Shown here: piece after piece, positions 55,011 to 64,000 of the stretch
Layout of the letters: the number at the start of each line of letters is the position of its first letter
How positions within the stretch are numbered: the first letter of the stretch is position 1
NCBI RefSeq assembly: GCF_001194135.2
Contig: NC_068995.1
Span: 50,619,610-50,683,609, forward strand
Direction: 5' to 3'
Source: Octopus bimaculoides
Taxonomy: Eukaryota
DNA length: 64,000 bases
Notes under the pieces: generated by a model
The model's database searches: none
The model's input: the letters and a program-made list of their open reading frames with translations, nothing else
What the model was told of the DNA's origin: nothing
Made by a program: the position numbers and the translations under genes

Positions 55011-55844
55011 AAACAGATGAGGAGGTGAATGCTGATCTGGGGCCAAACCACAATATATAATCCACATTAAATTGATATACTTGTAAGAACAATCATTTTG
55101 TAACAGAATGGAAATAAGTTGTGCCGTTCACAATTTTGTTTAGATTTTAATAAGTAGCTTTGTGCTACCATGGTTCTGTAGTCTGGGAACAAAACGGAAG
55201 TGACTCCTGAAGAGTTTTTGGATAACAACTAAATTGATCATTTCAGTTCTTACTGCAAGCTGCTGGAAGAGCTCCTCATGAAGCTTAATTTCAATGTGAG
55301 ATTAAGTACATATGGATAATGACAGTGTATTTATAAATTCTACAAATCTTTTGAAAACTGGCACTCTACCCAGTCTATCATTCCACTAGCCTCTCCTCTG
55401 AAGATAACATTATTAAATAAAGCAAGAGAAAGCTTGCAGACAAATATTTCATGTTAGTAGGAAGGAGAAAAAAAAGATAATTAACTTTGAACAGTCTTGA
55501 AATACAAAGGAAACCATTTTGTTTTCCTTTAGTTATACACACACTAACACACTACATGCACACACACAAACTTTACTCACCTCACATATACACACTTGCT
55601 CACCATACTCACATACAACTTATTTTCATTTGCCAACAAAGGCCATATGCAGATAGCATCACACTATAAACTCTTTAGTCGTAAGTTCAAATCTCAGATG
55701 GTTTAGATTATGAGCTTAAGTAAAAGACACTTCATGAAGATTTTTAAAATATTTCAAGTTATTAAGCTAGGAAATTTAAGCCCCAAACCATACAACAGCT
55801 ATTGTAAGATTATTTTTCCTTACTTGCACTAATTAACCTCAGTC

Positions 55845-56330
55845 TTAATCCTTTAGCATTCATATTACTCTGACAGGTGTAATGCTTATTTCGTAGACGG
55901 AAACTAAGAGAAGCCTATCAAGTGTGTGTGTATGTGTGCGTGTTTCCATCTGTGTTTGTCCTACCACCATTTGACAACTGGTAAGAATCAGTAAAAGAAA
56001 CTTGAATGAGTTTTTATGCCATTTGGACTGTCAACTTCATCGTTAACCCATTAGCATTTAAACCAGACTCTATCTGGACCATATATTTTCTACCTGTTTT
56101 CTGTTCAAACTGACCAAATCCAGCCCATCAGACCTAACCTACAACTTCATTCTAATGGTGGGTTTACATCTCCATAACTTAGCAGTTAGCCAAAAGTGAC
56201 CAATAAAATACGTACCAAGCTTAACAAAAAAGTTAAGAACTGGGGTGGGGTTAAGTTGTTCAGCTAAAAATTCTTCAAGGCGGTGCCCCAGCATGGCCGC
56301 AGACTAATGATTGAAACGAGTAAAAGATAA
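55845..56330. mobile_element. Rearranged mosaic of family 1 MITE halves and family A SINE halves
   Basis: MITE end X at 55845, SINE middle 55893-55980, MITE end Y at 56043-56155, SINE tail 56156-56330. Confidence 0.7.
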
Positions 56331-56744
56331 AAATATGAAACACACTTTCGAGACACAAAAAGTGTTTCATTTTGTTATTAACAAATTACATGGCATGTAG
56401 TTATTCATTTTGTTTGGCTTGTTTTCATAGAATTGTCCATTCAGGATCAAATTCCAAAATTCCAGCCGCGTTCTTCTCTTACAGAAAGCTAATTAACAGC
56501 TATTTTCCCTCATTGTTAATAGCATGTGTCACAAGCAAATAGTCATTTGATCTCAAACAAATCTGAATATTCTATAGAATTCATTCAACTGTCTGGTACT
56601 AGAGGATATGTGAGCCAGTCAAAATAAAATATTATATAATACTGGCGAGATTTGATTAGGGTGATGCATAGGAGAGAAGACCAAGCCAAAAGTCAATGAA
56701 ATAATAATAATAATAATAATAATAACAATGATGATGATCCTCTC

Positions 56745-57108
56745 TTCTTTAGGCATAAGGATGAAAGGCAAAGTTGACCTTTGGCAGAATTTGAACTCAG
56801 AACACAAAAGCAGACGAAATGCCGCTAAGCACTTTGTGTCCAATGTACTATCAATTTTGTCTTTTTGTAGCAATAACAATAATAATAATAACAATTCTTT
56901 CTACTCTAGGCACAAGGCCTGAAATTTTGGGAGAGGGGATTAGTTGATTATATTGTTGACCCCAGTGTTTCACTGGTATTTAATTTATCGACCCCCTAAA
57001 GGATGAAAGGCAAAGTCAACCTCAGCGGAATTTGAACTCACAACATAAAGACAGACAAAATGCTGTTAAACATTTTCCCCAGCATGCTAATGATTCTGCC
57101 AGCTCACC

Positions 57109-57148
<40 letters not shown>

Positions 57149-57330
57149 CAAGTTTCATATTTTGGCACAAAGTAAGGGAGAGATAAGTCGACTACACTGA
57201 CCCCAATTCTCAGTACTTTTTTTATCAACCCCAAAAGGATGAAAGGCAAAGTTGACCTCAGCAGAATTTGAACTCACAACATAAAGACAGATGAAATATT
57301 AAGCATTTTATCCAGTGCTAACGATTCTAC
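56745..57330 (-). mobile_element. Tandem array of three family C SINEs separated by (AAT)n
   Basis: GGATGAAAGGCAAAGT..ACCT...GAATTTGAACTCA at about 56759, 57001 and 57237. Confidence 0.9.
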
Positions 57331-57362
57331 ATGTTTGTGGCCTCAATAATTGTAATAACACT

Positions 57363-57526
57363 TGTGGAGGCGCAATGGCCCAGTGGTTAGGGCAGCGGAT
57401 TCGCGGTCATAGGATCGCGGTTTCGATTCTCAGACCGGGCGTTGTGAGTGTTTATTGAGCGAAAACACCTAAAGCTCCACGAGGCTCTGGCAGGGGATGG
57501 TGGCGAACCCTGCTGTACTCTTTCAC
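57363..57526 (+). mobile_element. SINE family B2, 3'-truncated, CpG-rich
   Basis: TGTGGAGGCGCAATGGCCCAGTGGTTAGGGCAGCGG...TTCGATTCTCAGACCGGGCG, close match to 19644. Confidence 0.9.
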
Positions 57527-58809
57527 CCATGTAAACTACTTCAAGCAGCAGTATTTCATTTGTTACACACACACTGTAGTCAGTGAATTAAATTAAATCA
57601 GCAAGCGTGTAACTGAAGAGGCAAAGAATTCAAAACTCAAGATTTTATAACAGCTGTAAGTTTGAAAATGTTAACTAAACTTACATTTCTGGAACATTCT
57701 ACAAGATTCACCAGAATTCCTAATCAATGAAGTAACATTCCTTGTAGAGTGTTTCAACGTGTATGTTTGGGTGTGTGCTTTTACATGTGTGTGCTTCTGT
57801 TTGCAGTGTATACATGTGTAAGTGTGTAGATGCCACTGAGATTTGCTATTTTAATATAAGAAACATTATAATGTTTAAAATTTTATTTCACCCCCTTGCC
57901 TTGTCAAGCAATAGCAAAGTTTGGGGTGGGTAGATTGAAAGTTGCTTATCTAAACTGTCCAAGGAACCACACCTTGCCAAATATGTTTAACTGATATCAA
58001 AGACATTCTAATATGACATACATTTTGGCTAGGTTTTTTTTTTTCTTTAACAGAAACCAAATGGACACCTACCAAAATAGGACTATGGGTAACTACTAGA
58101 GACTATGGATAACTACCAGAAATCCCTGGTCTCACAGTTGTAATGGGGGGAAATTAGTAGTAGCGATAAACTTTATAGGTATGAAAGTACTGTAATCTAA
58201 GCCAAACCATGTTAGAGGCAGAGTGACAAAACTGTTCTATGTGCACTTGTTCAGTAACCAAGCATGACTGTTTTATGGAATTGTCATGCACAGGAAAGAT
58301 CTGACTATTAGCAGAACCCATTGTGAAGGCTTCCCCACTGCCTTTCATTAGCCAGTAAAGACAAGTAGTTTTCCTCAGTCTGAAAACTATGATGAAAGAA
58401 GTCGTACGATGGATTCAAATGAGGACAAGCATTTTCCTCCTACTCCAGCGATGAAATTTTTTTCAAGCTTTTCCTTCGGAGAGGAAGGTGGAGTTGTGAA
58501 AAAGAAGGGGCAGTCCTCCAGTAAATTCACTGAAATGTGGGGGAGAATAGAGAATACAGTCCATGTGAATGGGTCTACTCTCAACGGGAACCTTTAAGTT
58601 AAGGAATGACAGCTGAGAGAAGGCACTTATCCTCTACAATCATTGTAAACCTAAAACTGTAGGATTCCTTGATTAGCATTAAGTATGGGGCAAACTTTCT
58701 CTTGAAATGGTACATTTTGTATATTGTCACTTTATATTCCATTTCAATGTAAATTGCCACATTTTTGGTAACCTGTTCTTTTAATGCCATCTCTTTGTCA
58801 CCTACATGG

Positions 58810-59195
58810 GAATAAATAGCTATTTTTACTTATCCCAACTCTTTACATTCTGAGTTCAAATCCTGCTGAGATCAACTTTGCCATCTGTTTCTTTTGGGTC
58901 AATAAAATAAAGTTATCAGTTAAGTGCTAGGGTCAGGCCTTGAGCATATATTAGGAATTATTATTATTATTATTACTATTATTATTATTAAGGTAAAAAG
59001 CTGGCAGAATTGTTAGCACACCGAGCAAAGAGCTAAGCAACATTTCACCTGTTCTGAGTTCAAATTCTGCTGAGGTTGGCTTAACCTTTCATCCTTTTGG
59101 GATTAATAAAACAAGTACCAGTTGAGCACTGAGGTTGATGTAATCAACTTATTCCCTTGCCTGAACTTACTGGCCTTGTGCCAAAATTTGAAACT
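58810..59195 (+). mobile_element. Two tandem family C SINEs separated and followed by (ATT)n
   Basis: TTCTGAGTTCAAAT at about 58849 and 59052. Confidence 0.85.
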
Positions 59196-59205
59196 ATTAT
59201 CATCA

Positions 59206-59253
<48 letters not shown>

Positions 59254-59867
59254 GCAACAGCAGCAGAGAGAGAGAGAATATTGAATGTAGATTCCAGAGG
59301 GTGGGTAAGTTTAACTATTTGTTACCCTAAAATCTTGTGCAATATCTTGTTGCCTGCTTTTTATTTTTTTTATTCTTTCTGGACCAAATTCCAAAGAAAG
59401 TATCGAATGAACCAACTCTAGGGATATGACACAGAGAGGGAGAAAAAGATATTGAGAGTGGCTGAAGCAAAGTCTGTAATCTATGAAGTGTTATACAAAC
59501 ATGCATTACTCAAGGGTCTATAACCTCTTTTCCTTAATGAAATACATCAAATGCCAGTCAAGTCATTTGGGTTGACAGGAAGGAAAACAAAACTGTGACA
59601 ACGTCTTGATTTCAAATAACATTTCAAGCATTATTACATTATGCTCTTAAGATACATAACAAGATATTCTTTGAAACATCACTTTGCTGAAAATATAGTT
59701 CCAACCATTTTCAAAGTAACACTATGACTGGGTCTGTAAAATTACTCCAAGTAAATTTAAAAAGAGATATATATATATAACATTGTTGAAATATTTGAGA
59801 AAATAAAATCTAACATCTATTTTTACTAGTTACAACAGATATTAAAATGTCTATTAAAATGAACAGG

Positions 59868-60072
59868 CACAAGCATGGCTGTGTGGTAAGAAGCTTGCTT
59901 CTCAACCACATGGTTTGGGGTTCAGTCCCACTGCATGGACCTTGGATAAGTGTCTTGTACTATAGCCTTGGGCTGACCAAAGCCTTGTAAGTGGATTTGG
60001 TAGANNNNNNNNNNNNNNNNNNNNNNNNNNNNNNNNNNNNNNNNNNNNNNNNNNNNNNNNNNNNNNNNNNNN

Positions 60073-60127
<55 letters not shown>

Positions 60128-60340
60128 GTATATATATATATATATATACATGTGTGTTTGTGTCCCCACCATAGCTTGACAACCGATGCTGTTGTGTTTA
60201 CGTCCCCAGAACTTAGCAGTTTGGCAAAAGAGGCTGATAGAATAAGTACCAGGCTTACAAAGAATAAGTCCAGGGGTCGATTTCTTCAACTAAAAGGTGT
60301 TGCTCCAGCATGGCCACAGTCAAAATGACTGAAACAAGTA
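59868..60340 (+). mobile_element. SINE family A, with a gap in the internal microsatellite
   Basis: Near-consensus head and tail. Confidence 0.9.
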
Positions 60341-60997
60341 GATGGATAGATGGATGGATGGATGATGTCTGTAAATATGGTATAATTATCTGCATTTACA
60401 TTTGTGCATGTTTGTGCATATATATACATATATGTGACAGAGAGGATGTTGGATAAAATGTTTCACATTCCAAATGCAAGATAATGTGCATGCATGTATG
60501 TGTGTGTGTGTGTATGCATGCACATGTATACACAAAATATAAAGAGAGATGAACAAAGAAAGAAAGAAAGAGAAAGATAGAGAATTACCAATGTGTCAAG
60601 TTAAATATCAGAATTTGTCTTAGGCAAGAATAATAAGTAAAGGGCAACATTGATGTAATATCAAAGTATGATATACCAGCCTCGTCCCGCTGGTCATAAG
60701 TTCAAACTTCGTGAGTGACATTGTTTTTGGAGGGTTAAAACAAGACATTTCATTGTGAGCGAGTGTTTACAACAGCTCCAGAAACATTTAATCTAAAAAT
60801 GTTTCAATTACTGAGGATTTGTTGGGGAGGGGTACTATATAGAAAGAGCCAAGGCAAAACAGGAACAACAGTCTACAATAAAGGTTAAAGAGTTAACCAG
60901 TATAATATAGGGAACATTAGAAAGTTAAATTACGAAGGGGGGGGTGACTATTAATCAATAACATTATTCAAATTATTTCGGTTAAGTACAAGAGACA

Positions 60998-61041
60998 ATT
61001 CCAGACAGGTTTCATTCTTATAATGAACTCATCAGCTAAAC
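60998..61041 (-). ncRNA. Minimal type I hammerhead-ribozyme-like motif, probably decayed
   Basis: Minus strand reads CTGATGA-GTTC(ATTATAA)GAAT-GAAA-C-CT-G-TC: all core residues in order; stem I poorly paired. Confidence 0.4.
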
Positions 61042-62067
61042 ATGGACCATACTATGTTTGCCATAGCAGTCATGAGAGAATCACAGAATAACTTTACAAG
61101 ACTTTACACCGATTGATACGAGCCTGCACAGTGTAGAACGGAATTGCTTAAAGAATAACTGAATCAGATGCACCATCTACATGGAAAATAGTTAAGCTAA
61201 TGCTAATTTATTTAATGCATGGGACAGCATTAAAAATCTAACTATGAATAATTACATAATTAAGAAAAAATTCCACAATGAGTAACAGTGTTATAGCCAG
61301 TTATTCTCTATAAAAACGTTCTTATAACAAAAGTATTATACTATGGTATGTAAGTCCATCATAATGGCCTATAATAGGGATTAGCAACTCCTTTTTGTAA
61401 TGGTCTGCTTTTTAGTTTTTATTTTCTCATTGATATTTTTCCATAGCTTAGATACCTTTGGTATCTTGCATGTGAAAATATCCCTGCATATTTCATATTC
61501 TCATCACTGGCAATGCTTATGCAAGCAACAATTAAACAAGCCATGTCACAAAAGACTTTACCTTAAAAGTCATCGACCATTCTAAACACTAAATTTGAAA
61601 AAATAAATTCCCAGAAAGATCTGAGGCCCACAAAGAGTAGTGCATTTGATGCCAACTTCCAGATCTACAATAACAAATACTGGCAGCATTCTAGCTGGAA
61701 TCAGAAACTGAGATAATTCTTCTAAATTCAATTGATTTCTTACACAGACAAAGGTTTCGGTTAAGAGAAAGTGAGATAACACTGAAACCATTGAAAAAAT
61801 CCAAAAGAGCAATAAATATGCATGTGAAGTAGTTTGTCAGTTATGCTAAAACTAAGAAACTGGCTTAGCATACTCAGCATTCTTCCATAAGAACATTGTT
61901 AAATATAACTGTTAGAAATATTTTCCTCTCATTGATTAATTAAACAATTAATTAATTACCAAAATAAAATATTACTTAATGAGAGCTATTTAAAAAATTT
62001 AATATTACTTTAGACAATTAAGCTGTTGCCAAACAGTTCAATTATTGACTTGATATTTTTTTTCCTC

Positions 62068-62180
62068 AAAAAAGCCTGGGGCTTTAATAGAAGACACTTG
62101 CCAAAGTGCCATATAGTGGGGCTGAACCTAAGCCCACGTGGTTGGGAAGCAAGCCACTTAACCACACAGCCATGCCTATA
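62068..62180 (-). mobile_element. SINE family A head fragment
   Basis: GAAGACACTTGCCAAAGTGCC...GTGGTTGGGAAGCAAGCCACTTAACCACACAGCC. Confidence 0.85.
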
Positions 62181-63004
62181 CCGTAGTCTAAAATAAACAA
62201 TGTCTGAAAAGATGGGATGGTCACAGTTGAAATTCTTTTGATCATAGGTCTGCTCTACCAAACTTAACCTGGACTTAAACAACAACAACAACAACAACAG
62301 CAGCAACAGCCTATGTAATTATTCTCTGATCTAATCTTTTCCTGTTTTAATTACCTATCAGCACCAGGTTAATTAAGTACCTTAGTTTTAACAATAGTCA
62401 TCTGTAAACCTCACCCCATGAAATTCAAAATCTAATGAAGGAAAAAACTGGTAAAGAATGGTTAATTTTCTTCTATTTTAGCAAGAGAACAACACAAAAG
62501 AAGGAAGTATTGTTGAATATAAGATAAATTAGCACATAGAAATACAAATACAATAAGAAAATTTTTCCAGATTTCTATAGATTTAATTTTCATGAGTGGT
62601 CTTAGTTAAGTACTGGTTGACTAAAATACTAATCTCATTAAAACCAACTAAAATGGTACTTTAGGTACATCTAAATCAAATGCTGTTCAATTATAGTTAT
62701 TGTGTTTTTATCTAATTCCACCCAAGTAAAAGGGGGAAAAAACAAAACAAGATGAAGGTATTTCCTAGAAGAGGTTGGTCATATAAACTTGGCCAACTTC
62801 TAGGACAATGACCAGTTTATCTACATGCTGCTGATTCAAGGAGTGAATAAATCTTTTTCACTATAAATCAATCAATCTCATACAACAAACAAACAAATTA
62901 ATAGTTATCACAAGGAGAAGGCTTTAATCTTGGCCAAAATTTAACCACTCCACAGATAACGAACTTAACTCTAAACCACTACAACACACACACACTCATT
63001 TTTT

Positions 63005-63495
63005 TAATGTCTACTTTTCTTAGCATTGCATGGGTCAGACAGAATTGGTTGAGGCAGAATGTTTATAGCTGGGATGCCCTTGCTGTTGCCAACCTTCACT
63101 TGTTTCCAAGTAAGGTAATATTACCCCCATCGCCAGACAAAGGACATCACTTGTGTGGCTGTGATTCTTGTTTGCAAGACACTTGCCCAAGGCACCATAC
63201 AGTAAGACTGAACCTAAAATCACATGGTTGAGAAACAAACTTCTTAACCACAAGGCCATACCTGACTATTCCCTAACACTCCGTTGAACCCCAAGTGCGA
63301 AACCAATATATACATACACACACACACACACACATACAACAGGCTACTTTCAGCTTCCTTCTACCAAATCTCTACTTACAAGGATCTGGTCAACCCAAGA
63401 TGATAGTAGAAGACACTTGCCCAAGGTGTCACGCAATGGGACTGAACCTGAAGCCATGGGGTTGGGAAGCAAACTTCTTACCACACAGCTACACC
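63005..63495 (-). mobile_element. Composite SINE: two A heads in tandem plus A2 tail
   Basis: GACACTTGCCCAAGG at about 63178 and 63412; A2 tail CATGGGTCAGACAGAATTGGTTGAGGCAG. Confidence 0.85.
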
Positions 63496-63919
63496 TGCAC
63501 TTAGATAATATATCGTAATATGTATGTAGAGATGGAAATAATCACACATTTATATTATCTCTAATACAATATGCTTGTGTGTGTGTGTGTGTGTACGTGT
63601 GTGTGAGGAAAATCAGGGAAACTTAAATTTATATGACCTCTAGTACATATTGGAAATAAATTACAAATTCTTGGAATAGAATATAAGGAGAAAGTGTTGT
63701 AAAAAAAAAAGGTTAAATGTATTATTAGTTATTTTATGGGGGACAAGTAATTAGATTTACAGATAAAGTTAAGCTCTTCATAATTTAGATATTCATCATG
63801 TTAATTAAACATGTAATTTGGTTCCGATGAGAGTAATTAAAATACTAAGAGCGAACAGAGTATATACATTAGAAATAAATAGCCCTGACTAAAATGCTTC
63901 AAATGATTGTGATGACTTA

Positions 63920-64000
63920 ACCATCATCATCATTGTTTAACGTCCATTTTCCATGCTGGCATGGGTTGGACAGTTTGACAGAGGTCTGGAAAGCCAGCAG
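63920..64000 (-). mobile_element. Family D SINE 3' end, cut by the window edge
   Basis: (CAT)n TTTAACGTCCATTTTCCATGCTGGCATGGGTTGGACAG. Confidence 0.85.

Noticed and set aside
55180-55320. Frame TEVTPEEFLDNN*IDHFSSYCKLLEELLMKLNFN with possible AG and GTGAGA sites
   Set aside because: Only 49 nt between the sites and an in-frame stop upstream; more like a decayed element

Overview
AT-rich, repeat-dense eukaryotic non-coding DNA. The SINE and MITE families look like those I recall from Octopus genomes (inference, no database search). The assembly has nine N gaps, two with duplicated contig ends. I cannot support any intact protein-coding gene: the ORF track is explained by microsatellites, N runs, SINEs and decayed retrotransposon or transposase pieces, so the window is most likely a large intron or intergenic DNA. 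It holds dozens of tRNA-derived SINE copies built from shared modules (labelled A, A2, B, C, D here), a short (CAA)n-tailed repeat (F), three TTAA-flanked piggyBac-like MITE families, a mariner-type MITE, hAT/Charlie-type MITEs, a Tigger/pogo remnant and LINE fragments. Best leads: a minimal hammerhead-ribozyme-like core at about 61.0 kb (minus), inverted SINE arrays bracketing a unique segment at 57.5-58.8 kb, SINE module shuffling, nested or rearranged elements, and a few low-confidence exon or small-ORF candidates. Family labels are mine and repeat boundaries are approximate.
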